Source: a virus
Length of the DNA: 64,000 bases
Reading direction: 5' to 3' (one strand)
Virus record (IMG/VR): IMGVR_UViG_3300010370_000027
The notes beneath the pieces were generated by a model. The model made no database searches. It had not been told where the DNA came from and worked only from the letters and a program-made list of their open reading frames with translations. Shown one piece after another: positions 18,732 through 27,606 of the stretch. Numbering within the stretch: the first letter of the stretch is position 1; every line of letters starts with the position of its first letter. The position numbers and the translations under genes are program-made.

Positions 18732-18869
18732 TTTTACCTACTTTCCTTTTCCGTTTCCTATTGTTATTTGTAGACGGTATACCGCACCGCGCGGGAGTAC
18801 CGTCGTTGTTTGAGTCCTTAACTTAACACATGGAGTCAAGACTGTTCAATTGTTGTGTCCCGACAGAGA

Positions 18870-19163
18870 TCACTTCCAACGCACGTAATTCTTTTTCGTT
18901 TTCTTGAGCTTCTGACCAGGCCTGGTGGGATTTGAGCCCACGTCAGCTGAAGAAGCACCTAACGGCGCTGTATAACCTGCAATGTTGGCGACAACACTCA
19001 TTTCGTCCATCTCTTCCGTCTCCTCTTCCGAATCCTTGTTCGCATCGTCTTTTTTGTCTTTTTGCTTCTTTGGTGATCCTTTAGATACCAACTGATTGGG
19101 TACACGATAATCGACAACCTCGGAGAGGACTGCCTCTATGTACTGTCTCAGTAAAGCGCTCAT
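18870..19163 (-). CDS. Small hypothetical protein, probable virion protein
   Basis: LLRQYIEAVLSE leader; MDEMSVVANIAGYTAPLG; ATACTTA 5 nt upstream. Confidence 0.6.
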   Translation of the reverse strand: MSALLRQYIEAVLSEVVDYRVPNQLVSKGSPKKQKDKKDDANKDSEEETEEMDEMSVVANIAGYTAPLGASSADVGSNPTRPGQKLKKTKKNYVRWK

Positions 19164-19182
19164 GCGAATAAGTATTCAGAAG

Positions 19183-19770
19183 CTACAGATTCTTTTCCTG
19201 CTTGCAGGAAATATAGTCAGCAAGATGAACAATGTCAGCAAGCAGAGGTTCTTTCATCTTATAGGGAGCGTTCTCCTCGGCATACTGCCCATCATTAAGC
19301 TTGATAGCAAGCCATTCATCCTGTGTAAGTCTAAGACCAAACTGCTGACACAACCACACACCTCTATCTGGTACCGTCATGTAGAGAATTTCTTTGTTGT
19401 GCTTATACATCTCACCAAGCTTTTCTCTGTGCCAGTCTGAATCTTGTGGAACGTAATAGTCTTTTTCGTGATCGCCTACCTTGCCCAAATCATGAAGCAG
19501 ACAGCCAATAATGAGTGAATCCTTAGGAACTTCCCAGTTAAAAGTCTTGCAAAGCTTCAGCGCATTACTAAGAAGTCTGAGAGAGTGATCGACCAAACCG
19601 CCTGGGAATGCAGCATGGTATTCCTTTCTAGAGGAGGCGGGACACATTGCAAGTCGTTCTCCTAGATGATCTACTAATGCAAGCGCAGGCTCAGACCTAT
19701 CACCAAGCTTCTCCATAAAGCTTCGAAACTTTTCAAAATTTTCTGCAATTTGTTCTGGGGTGAGTTCCAT
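19183..19770 (-). CDS. HD-domain phosphohydrolase
   Basis: YHAAFPGGLVDHSL, LLHDLGKVG, VHLADY. Start moved to ATG 19770, 7 nt after TATCAT. Confidence 0.85.
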   Translation of the reverse strand: MELTPEQIAENFEKFRSFMEKLGDRSEPALALVDHLGERLAMCPASSRKEYHAAFPGGLVDHSLRLLSNALKLCKTFNWEVPKDSLIIGCLLHDLGKVGDHEKDYYVPQDSDWHREKLGEMYKHNKEILYMTVPDRGVWLCQQFGLRLTQDEWLAIKLNDGQYAEENAPYKMKEPLLADIVHLADYISCKQEKNL

Positions 19771-19784
19771 GCTGGTAATGATAA

Positions 19785-20993
19785 TCAAGTAGAAGAAAGT
19801 TGTTCAAACTTTACTGGGAAGGGAGATTCATAGGTCGGAATGTTAACGTTGCAAATCTTCTCGATCTCGCCTATCCTGTCTCCCCTGACATCTATGATAA
19901 TAGCGTCGTGAAGGACGAACAGCGGTCTGATTCCCTCAGACCCAAGGATACGAAGGATGTAATCGAATCCAAGGAGTGACACATCAACTCCCGTGGACTG
20001 AGCGTACGTGTTGACCAATAGATTGTCTTGACCGGTCGGGATGGTAAGCGGCCGTCCAAATCTATTGATCATCTTACCGCTATTTCCCACCTGATCTTTT
20101 AAGCGGCTACGCAATTCATTGACCTTAAAGTAGTCTCGAATGACTCCGATAAAAGAGTCAAGCTTTTGGTCTGAAACTCCGAGTCGAGACTTGAGAGATG
20201 AACGAGATATTCCGTAAAGCTCAGAAAGAACTGCGACTTTAACTATGTCGCGCGGGAGAACACCCTTGAACTGACTGTTTGCTACATCCTCATAGAGATC
20301 TTCTGAGGTAGAGTATCTGCCTGCCTCTCCGAGGACGATTCTCGCCTCTAACGCCCTGAAGTCGACATAGGCGATTATTCCGTCTTCAAACGAAGACTTG
20401 ATGATTCTCCTATTCTCTTTTTTGAGAATCAAAATGTTGGGTCCGTCTATGACGGTAAGCCTACCAGTGCGCGTAGCAAATCTATCGTAGATAACAGGCC
20501 TAGAGAAGCCGCTGCGCTTCGGTCTAAAGCTTTCAAGACCGGGTGATGCAGGATTCTGAGAGAGGGCATCGTTAAAGGCGTCCAAGTCTATGGCGCATGG
20601 ACGGAGAGAGTTGAGAACACGTGTCCCTGCGACCCAGGCTGTCTCGTAATAGTCAAAAGGTAAATTAGGAAAAACAGTAGTTGTTTCCCTTACGACATTT
20701 TTAAAGAATTGCTTAAAGACGCCCTGGGGTAGAACCATTTGCCACGGTATTGAGTTCGAACCTGTGACCAACGTCTTCATAGAAAGAAGGTATCTCTCGG
20801 GGACTTCGGTCACTTTGTGGCCAGACATCTTGAAGAGAGTGTCGAGGCACCGGGCAGTTGAAGAAGTCTTTAGATCGCCTGTCATGTGCCATGCATCACG
20901 TGGAACAGAATCGGACCAAAGAAATCCTTCCTCGTCGCCGACGAGGTGTTTTTCCGTCCCAAGCACGGATGAGTCTATGGCAAATCGATGCAC
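19785..20993 (-). CDS. polA: Short family A DNA polymerase (polymerase domain only)
   Basis: TRTGRLT, motif A YVDFRALEARI, motif B RDIVKVAVLSELYG, NTYAQSTGVD, motif C VLHDAII; only 402 aa. Confidence 0.8.
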   Translation of the reverse strand: MHRFAIDSSVLGTEKHLVGDEEGFLWSDSVPRDAWHMTGDLKTSSTARCLDTLFKMSGHKVTEVPERYLLSMKTLVTGSNSIPWQMVLPQGVFKQFFKNVVRETTTVFPNLPFDYYETAWVAGTRVLNSLRPCAIDLDAFNDALSQNPASPGLESFRPKRSGFSRPVIYDRFATRTGRLTVIDGPNILILKKENRRIIKSSFEDGIIAYVDFRALEARIVLGEAGRYSTSEDLYEDVANSQFKGVLPRDIVKVAVLSELYGISRSSLKSRLGVSDQKLDSFIGVIRDYFKVNELRSRLKDQVGNSGKMINRFGRPLTIPTGQDNLLVNTYAQSTGVDVSLLGFDYILRILGSEGIRPLFVLHDAIIIDVRGDRIGEIEKICNVNIPTYESPFPVKFEQLSST

Positions 20994-21031
20994 CTCACAA
21001 GTGTACAGCTTGGGAAGTCATGTTTACACAA

Positions 21032-23974
21032 CTATTTCTTTGAAGGCTTTGGAGCTAAAGCTGCAACTGCTTCATTTATGACAATCCTAGCTCTCTGATC
21101 CATTAAGCCTGTAATTGTCGGGGGAGCCGTAAACTTTCCGTAGCCGCTGGCGTACATGAAAGTCCAGTTAGTAGTGAACTTACCTGGTGTTATGGAGTGT
21201 TGAAGCTGAGTGCAGTTATAGATGTTGTCTAAAGACGTTCCTGTCTCGAAGTCTACGAAGTACGTCTGATAAAGCTGTGCGATGGGCACTCCCATCGTCG
21301 TCATTGTCAATTGAATTGGAACAGTTCTGAGAGGCAATCCTCCGACTTCCTCGAGAGGATTGCCCGAGACAGTAGCCTGACCTTTTGCTGCAGACTTAGA
21401 GGCATTCATTATGTTTATTGCACCTTGGAGACCAGACGTGGAAGATGCAGCGTTACTGCTAAGAACCATAGTTCCGTTAGTTCCCACAAATATGCAAGGA
21501 ACTTGAGACATCAAGTACTCTTTCAACTTCTTTCTGTCCTTCGGTATTACAATCTTGTCAGCGCCAGCGCCGGGTTGTCGAATCTTTACGATGCTGTTAA
21601 CAGTCTCTTGACCTACTCCTGCATTGTTGAGCGCCGTCTTATAATCTACGCCGCTGTTAAGATCTGTCTGAAGCTTCTTTAGCTTTGCAGAGTCCATTCC
21701 CTTTATGGCCTCTCTTAGATTTGCGTCAGCAGGTCCAGTGAGAACTTCTGCAACTTCAAAACTCGAACCAGTATCTATTATTTGCTGCGCCAATCTATAA
21801 GGATTGTTGGCACGATCATAGATGTGAATACGCTTTATGATCCGCTTGGATCCTCCTCTGGAAGCAGGTACGGCATTGTTCTCCTCGTAATTGAGACGTG
21901 TCGCACTTCTCTTTAATTGTTCTACAGTGTACTTTATCTTGTCGCTTTCTTCACCGTTCTCTACGAACATCTCTATGATTGGCATTGTGAGAGAACCGTA
22001 CCGAGAAATCCACTTGCTCATGCCAGCTTCTACGTCTTTGCTGTTTTCGATCCTGTGTATCTCATTGGGCTTCGTGGGATCAATTTGGTCAAAGTAGGAA
22101 TTCATACCGTAGCCTATTGCACGCTGATCAGAAAACTGTGTCTCTATGATCAACCTAAGGAAAGCCTGTACCGATAGAGATTCGAGGCCCGTGGTTTTGA
22201 TGGCATTGTTATAGGCGTATTTTAGGGCTGTAAGATTGACAGGAAACTCTGCGATGCTCTGGTTGCTGAGGGGACCGCACTGATCGTTGAGTCCGTAGAA
22301 AAATATTTGCAATTCATCGCAAGATTCAGACGAAGCGACTCGAGGAGCAACAAAAGAGGTGAAAAGCTTTCCAAAAGAAACGACCTCAATGCCAACGTTC
22401 AAGTCCGGGTTGTTTTCCGCGGATTTTCTGATGACTTCCATTCTCTTTTCGTGCTTTTCTTTAAAATCGCTGATGGATTTTGCAAGCCACGAATCGACAA
22501 AATACTCAGGATTTTTATCTTTAGAAGCAAGAAACGGATCCTTGTTGTTTGACAAGTCCTTAAATTTCTTTGCGACAGACGCCCCGATAGACTTCTTTAT
22601 TTTATCGTAGCTGTACTTGCCTTCGTTCAAGGAGTCGAGCTTGTCTTTCAATTCATTTGACTGTGCTTCAGGTAAGTTGCTGTACTCAAGATTCGCTTTG
22701 AGCGAAGCTATGGTTCTCTTTACGTCTTTTAGCTCGTTTAGGAAGCCGCTAGTGGATGCTGCGTTAAGTAGCTGGTCAGCAGAAACGCTGATGGCGAACT
22801 TATTCTCACCGACAAGTTTTGTCTTTATCTCAGCGATTGACTTTATCACGTTGTGAAAGTCTTTTATCTCGTCGCTGACTTCATCGACAGTTAGATTCTC
22901 GAGAGCTTTTGCAGCTCTACTGACAAGCTCAAGGTTCATCGAGACCTGACCCGATCCGTCAAAAGAGAATTGAGAATTCACGACGGACCAACACTCGCGA
23001 ATGATCATGGACTCGTTTATGAATTTCGCGTAGTCGTCGTCCTGCATCCTGTTCATGGGAGCAATCCAGCCGTAAGTCGTCCAAATTATGGCCTTGTTGA
23101 ATCCAGAGCTTCCCTTAATAAATTCTGCAATCTCAGAGATCCTTGCCTTATCGTGTATTACGAATTTTAATGTGCCCTTCTTGTGCGCGAACGCTCCCGC
23201 ACCAGCATTGGAAATTGTAACGTCGAATCCCTGGAGAGTTGCAAATGGTAGAAAGGGTTTCGCGCGGACGAGGCGCCCCTTGTGCGGAAGGAGGTCGTCC
23301 ATGTTTGTGAGAGTCTGAGGCATTAGAAACATTTCCATCCCAGACAAACCAAAGCTTTCCTCCCCATTTTGAGGCTTAAATAAGTCAGAGTCTCTGATGA
23401 CCTTGTCCTGTGGAGTCAGCTCGCTATCGGCTTTTGCACCTATCAAAAATCTTAAAGCACTGGGGGTATTGAGCGAATCGAGGGAAGCGCCCTGCATTTG
23501 AAATTCAACGTCAAGGTAGGGCACCATAGAAGAGGCGACTACGGGAGGTGTATAATTCAAGAAAAAATCAACGTTGTCTGTCCCGCGAGCTGCCGGTGTT
23601 ATGTAGGGACTTTTTGTTACAAAGACCGAGGCCACGAAATTCTTCTCTTTTATGGCTCCGATAATTCCGGACAAATTTTCTACACCTTTCCCCCAGTAAT
23701 CCTCATCAGCGAGATTAAGACGTTCTGAGCTTGTTATCGCATGAAATTGAGTACCGGTATTTTTTCTTGTGGTTTCTTCGGAAGTTTTGCTAAAATGTTT
23801 TTTTACTTCTTCAAATATAACTTTGCTTGAATACAGTTCGCCGCGGGGAGCCAAGATCATCTTAGAGAGAATGTCGACGATGCTCTCTTTTTTAGTCGTA
23901 GACTCTTGAAAGCTTCCTTGTAAGTCGGAAGGCTTTAGATACTTGTAGATGTCTTCAAGATTCTTGAAATCCAT
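21032..23974 (-). CDS. Large baseplate hub-like protein
   Basis: Position after the LysM baseplate gene; C-terminal YNCTQLQHSITPGKFTTNWT resembles hub (gp27/late control D) C-termini. Confidence 0.5.
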   Translation of the reverse strand: MDFKNLEDIYKYLKPSDLQGSFQESTTKKESIVDILSKMILAPRGELYSSKVIFEEVKKHFSKTSEETTRKNTGTQFHAITSSERLNLADEDYWGKGVENLSGIIGAIKEKNFVASVFVTKSPYITPAARGTDNVDFFLNYTPPVVASSMVPYLDVEFQMQGASLDSLNTPSALRFLIGAKADSELTPQDKVIRDSDLFKPQNGEESFGLSGMEMFLMPQTLTNMDDLLPHKGRLVRAKPFLPFATLQGFDVTISNAGAGAFAHKKGTLKFVIHDKARISEIAEFIKGSSGFNKAIIWTTYGWIAPMNRMQDDDYAKFINESMIIRECWSVVNSQFSFDGSGQVSMNLELVSRAAKALENLTVDEVSDEIKDFHNVIKSIAEIKTKLVGENKFAISVSADQLLNAASTSGFLNELKDVKRTIASLKANLEYSNLPEAQSNELKDKLDSLNEGKYSYDKIKKSIGASVAKKFKDLSNNKDPFLASKDKNPEYFVDSWLAKSISDFKEKHEKRMEVIRKSAENNPDLNVGIEVVSFGKLFTSFVAPRVASSESCDELQIFFYGLNDQCGPLSNQSIAEFPVNLTALKYAYNNAIKTTGLESLSVQAFLRLIIETQFSDQRAIGYGMNSYFDQIDPTKPNEIHRIENSKDVEAGMSKWISRYGSLTMPIIEMFVENGEESDKIKYTVEQLKRSATRLNYEENNAVPASRGGSKRIIKRIHIYDRANNPYRLAQQIIDTGSSFEVAEVLTGPADANLREAIKGMDSAKLKKLQTDLNSGVDYKTALNNAGVGQETVNSIVKIRQPGAGADKIVIPKDRKKLKEYLMSQVPCIFVGTNGTMVLSSNAASSTSGLQGAINIMNASKSAAKGQATVSGNPLEEVGGLPLRTVPIQLTMTTMGVPIAQLYQTYFVDFETGTSLDNIYNCTQLQHSITPGKFTTNWTFMYASGYGKFTAPPTITGLMDQRARIVINEAVAALAPKPSKK

Positions 23975-23975
23975 G

Positions 23976-24272
23976 TTATCTCACATATAGAAGCGCATCA
24001 GAGAGGCTAACAACGTTAATGACAGTCCCAGGTGGAACCTGAAGTCCCCATCCAATTCCACTAGCAATTGCCAGTACCCACCAATACTTGGCGTCGCCGT
24101 AGACTGTACCCGCTAAAGAGTCGAGTCTGTCGTTGCCCGTGAGAGTGAATGAAGAGACGATTGGAACTCGTCCTTCTTTTATGGCGCGCTTCAGGAGAAG
24201 AGAAGCGTCTGGTGTTCCAAGCTGTTGTCCAAGATTTATTCGAGAGTCTGTGCCGTATCTGCTTGTTGCCAT
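23976..24272 (-). CDS. LysM-like baseplate protein (gp53/tail X-like)
   Basis: DRLDSLAGTVYGDAKYWWVLAIAS...VPPGTVINV. Confidence 0.8.
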   Translation of the reverse strand: MATSRYGTDSRINLGQQLGTPDASLLLKRAIKEGRVPIVSSFTLTGNDRLDSLAGTVYGDAKYWWVLAIASGIGWGLQVPPGTVINVVSLSDALLYVR

Positions 24273-24287
24273 GCTACACCTCCTGCT

Positions 24288-27200
24288 TTACTTCCTAAAG
24301 AACCCACCAACTGAATAAACTGGTGCTCTGTTGCCACCTTCGTGATCAAGACCAGGGGATATGTCGTGGATGGGTGAGAATGATATGGTGACCTTGCACA
24401 TCTTGGGAGCCTTTCCAGAATTTCCTGCAACTTCCCAGGTGACCCTGTCGTACCAATCGAAGCTCATTGACTCGATAAACCCAGCGAGTCCTTTGCCGCC
24501 AGAAGACTTGAAAGACTTAGTGATAGAGTTTTTCTCTTCAGACATGAATTCAACTACGCTGGCAGAGTATGAGCTTTCTTTGTCGTTCAATCTCAATAAC
24601 TCTTGTTTGTAAAATTCTTCTGTATCTTCTGAAAACTCTATTAGTTCCTCGCTAAAAGAAACCTTGGCACCCAAAAGATTACTTGCATCCATATCTGCAG
24701 CGAGAGCATAGCTATCTTCGGTCGAATTATTAGGATCTGCTATAACTTCAAACTCATATAATTCGTCCTTTTTTACTACTTTAGTGAGCTTTAATAGTAA
24801 GTAATCTAACGAAGTAGACTTCAGATTAATGGAAACATTATCAGATGAAGCGCTCGTGACTTGAGCGCCCGTTATTTTACCACTCTTAGTCATAAAAGTC
24901 TTGCCTATAGAATAAGCCCTGCTTCTAGCTTTTTCTACGGCCACCTTTTCATCGATTTTCTTTTCATTCTCTGTAGTTGGCACATCAATGTCGTTAAATT
25001 TAGTACCTCTATATGTGTAGCCAAACAGTCTTGCAAGATTAAACTTGCTATAGTTGGATCTGATAAGATCACCAATTCTTATTCGAACAAGCGGCGAAGC
25101 CTGTATTGTCTGACTGAAAGGCATGTGTATGTTGTACTGCTTGTCAGGTGTCGCAAGCAGTCTTCCCTCTGTGTATTGAGGATAGACTAGTGTGACAAGT
25201 TTATTTATTTTCTCCCACATAGCATTGAAATCGTCCTGGCTAGTTGATGCTACGTAGAAAGAAAATCCTATCCTTCGCTGTGTTCCCTTGTAGGTCTTGA
25301 TGGGTTCTACTCTTCCAAATCCCTCAGAAGAATCGTAAGTGGCAGAATAGTCATCGCTAAGTGATGCAAGAAAAGCGTGGAAACTCAATATTTCATTTGT
25401 TCTAACATCGTGAAAATAGAAAGGAACGTACTCAGCATCGAGAGATGCTTCCATTTTTTCTCTATCTGTTGTACTAATTCTATCTTTACCGGCTTCTCCT
25501 TCTTTGCCGCTTATGATTGCTGGTGCGCCTAGAGCTTTTAGAGAATTGACATCAACATGCTTTAGTCCCTTTGGATACAGTAGAAGATTTTCAGCAGTCG
25601 AAGCAGACCATGTAAGTTTAGTAAAAATTGTATCTTTTAGGCTAAGTCTTCCTTTGAGAACATTCGTATTTGGTTGTCTATCTATTTCAGATAAGTGTCG
25701 TCCATCTGTTGTGATCTTTGGGTCTTTTGCATCATAAAGGTATGCATCTCCAAGACGAGAAAAAACCTTAAGAGAGCCCATGAATTTTGACTCTCTAAAA
25801 ACATTTACAAATTCTAGCGTCTGCTGCATTCCTGTGACAAAGTTGCCGCTTGCAAAAGACTTTCCTAGAGAAAGAAGAGAATCACTGATCAGCAAAAAAG
25901 ATCTGTTGATGCTGCGTGCCATTATCGTGTAATAGCCGGGATTCTTCATTGCAGACTTAGGACCTTCCGCAGCGGCAATTCCTGAAAGATTTCCAATACC
26001 AAAACTAGCATTATCAGGTGGCGCAATTCCGAAGAATAGAAGGACTCCCGCGCCAAGACACTTACTCAATGGGTGCATCGTGGGAGGAAATCCTAGCAGA
26101 CCCCAGAAATCAAAATCGCTGCCCTGAGAAACAATAGATGCCAAACTGCTGTAGTCCAATCGATTGCTCTTCTTGCCGTAAGATCTTCCAAGCGGTCTTA
26201 TGCCACTGTTGTCCATTGGAGAAACATTTGGAGACAAGTCTATGCCTGGCAGGATCTGTGAAATAAGCGTGACAACGAGACTCAATGCAACAATGAGCGC
26301 GACGGCTAGAAGCTGCATTCCAAAATTGGATATTCCGGCATATTGATCAAGAACGTTGTTTAGTGTACCCCAAGACTGCTTCGCAGGATTGATCAACAGG
26401 TTGTCGTCAATTCCTTCCATCGTCAAGGACTCAAGTACGCTTGCCGCCTCGAGTTGCTCTCTCTCGAGTCTATAGACGCCAAGCTGAGTAGAGCCGGGCA
26501 ATATCGCGCCTGCTTGACTTGCGTTGTCTGTCGGGTTGTTTCCTGGGTCGAGAGACTTGAGCTCGAGGCCCGCTCTTATGGAAAGAGCATTTCCTATCTG
26601 TGCCAACCTCGCGTAAGAAATGTTTCTCTCGGGTGCTTCCTTTGGAAGACTCTTGCCCATGGGATACTTGTAGGCGTATTGGGCGTCTCTTATTTGAGAC
26701 GTCTCGGGCTTTGTGGGATAAGAATTGTCTGAGGTGAATCTGTTGTTGAGCAGTGATCTACTGTAGATTCCCACGGGATCGAGGTCAGAAAGCTTCTTGT
26801 ATGGTTTTTCGGGATCCGCCTCGAGCTCCAAGTTTTTCAAGAGTGCGTTGCCGTCGGGCGGGACAAGGACTCCAATCTCAACGGGTTGACGTCCGCGGAG
26901 CATTCTCAAATTTGCAGCGGCAGAAGACCGACTGTCTCCGGGCTGAACGTCAACAAAGTGTGGCTGTTCTTTGGATGACGGAGAGAGAGGTTGAGGAAAG
27001 CCCCTCTCGTCATTCAACGTGGATGAATTTGGATCCTCGTTCTCATTGTGAGCAATTGGATACTTGTTGCTCACAGATGTGGGCGAAGAAGGAGTCTGAC
27101 CGAGTGTGGTCTTGCTCAAATACGACGCGAGAGTGCGCTTCGTCCCGTTAGATATGTCCTTGTTCTCATGATCGACATTAATGTCTCCGGGACTCCAAGG

Positions 27201-27314
27201 AATCGGAGGCTCGTCGCCTACGGTCGAACCCGTGTCAAATGTGTACCTGTTGGTAGAATTTTTGACAGTAACGGAGAAACCACCTGTTCCTGTATCTAAT
27301 TTATCCCTAGACAT
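24288..27314 (-). CDS. Baseplate/tail-tube initiator-like protein with long N-terminal extension
   Basis: C-terminal FHAFLASLSDDYSATY...GRVEPIKTYKGTQRRIGFSF...YPQY...PLVRIRIGDL...GFIESMSF...PKMCKVTISFSPIH; between tape measure and LysM genes. Confidence 0.6.
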   Translation of the reverse strand: MSRDKLDTGTGGFSVTVKNSTNRYTFDTGSTVGDEPPIPWSPGDINVDHENKDISNGTKRTLASYLSKTTLGQTPSSPTSVSNKYPIAHNENEDPNSSTLNDERGFPQPLSPSSKEQPHFVDVQPGDSRSSAAANLRMLRGRQPVEIGVLVPPDGNALLKNLELEADPEKPYKKLSDLDPVGIYSRSLLNNRFTSDNSYPTKPETSQIRDAQYAYKYPMGKSLPKEAPERNISYARLAQIGNALSIRAGLELKSLDPGNNPTDNASQAGAILPGSTQLGVYRLEREQLEAASVLESLTMEGIDDNLLINPAKQSWGTLNNVLDQYAGISNFGMQLLAVALIVALSLVVTLISQILPGIDLSPNVSPMDNSGIRPLGRSYGKKSNRLDYSSLASIVSQGSDFDFWGLLGFPPTMHPLSKCLGAGVLLFFGIAPPDNASFGIGNLSGIAAAEGPKSAMKNPGYYTIMARSINRSFLLISDSLLSLGKSFASGNFVTGMQQTLEFVNVFRESKFMGSLKVFSRLGDAYLYDAKDPKITTDGRHLSEIDRQPNTNVLKGRLSLKDTIFTKLTWSASTAENLLLYPKGLKHVDVNSLKALGAPAIISGKEGEAGKDRISTTDREKMEASLDAEYVPFYFHDVRTNEILSFHAFLASLSDDYSATYDSSEGFGRVEPIKTYKGTQRRIGFSFYVASTSQDDFNAMWEKINKLVTLVYPQYTEGRLLATPDKQYNIHMPFSQTIQASPLVRIRIGDLIRSNYSKFNLARLFGYTYRGTKFNDIDVPTTENEKKIDEKVAVEKARSRAYSIGKTFMTKSGKITGAQVTSASSDNVSINLKSTSLDYLLLKLTKVVKKDELYEFEVIADPNNSTEDSYALAADMDASNLLGAKVSFSEELIEFSEDTEEFYKQELLRLNDKESSYSASVVEFMSEEKNSITKSFKSSGGKGLAGFIESMSFDWYDRVTWEVAGNSGKAPKMCKVTISFSPIHDISPGLDHEGGNRAPVYSVGGFFRK

Positions 27315-27325
27315 TTGTAGACGAC

Positions 27326-27571
27326 CTAACCTTCGGCACTGCCACTAGTAATTAATTCCTTGCCGATTTCTAGGTATGCGTTCTTCACAGCTTCGGGATC
27401 CTTTTCTATCGCTTGTGCCACCGGCTCGTATACCTGAGTGAAGAACTTGTCCATGAAGTCTTCAGTGTATGCCTTTATGGCGCGGCGCTCGGCGTCGCTC
27501 GTGGCTCGAGAGAGAACTGTCTTAAACACGTCGTTCTCTCTAAGCAGCTTGAGATAATCTTCCTTTTTCAT
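27326..27571 (-). CDS. Hypothetical protein
   Basis: Fills the gap in the tail operon; GGGAG upstream. Confidence 0.6.
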   Translation of the reverse strand: MKKEDYLKLLRENDVFKTVLSRATSDAERRAIKAYTEDFMDKFFTQVYEPVAQAIEKDPEAVKNAYLEIGKELITSGSAEG

Positions 27572-27606
27572 TGATTAAAAACTCCCATGAATATTAAATT
27601 ACAATA

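Noticed and set aside
9552-20993. Inteins or introns in nrdJ, helicase, recA or polA
   Set aside because: Reading frames are continuous, lengths are normal or short, and no splicing motifs were seen.
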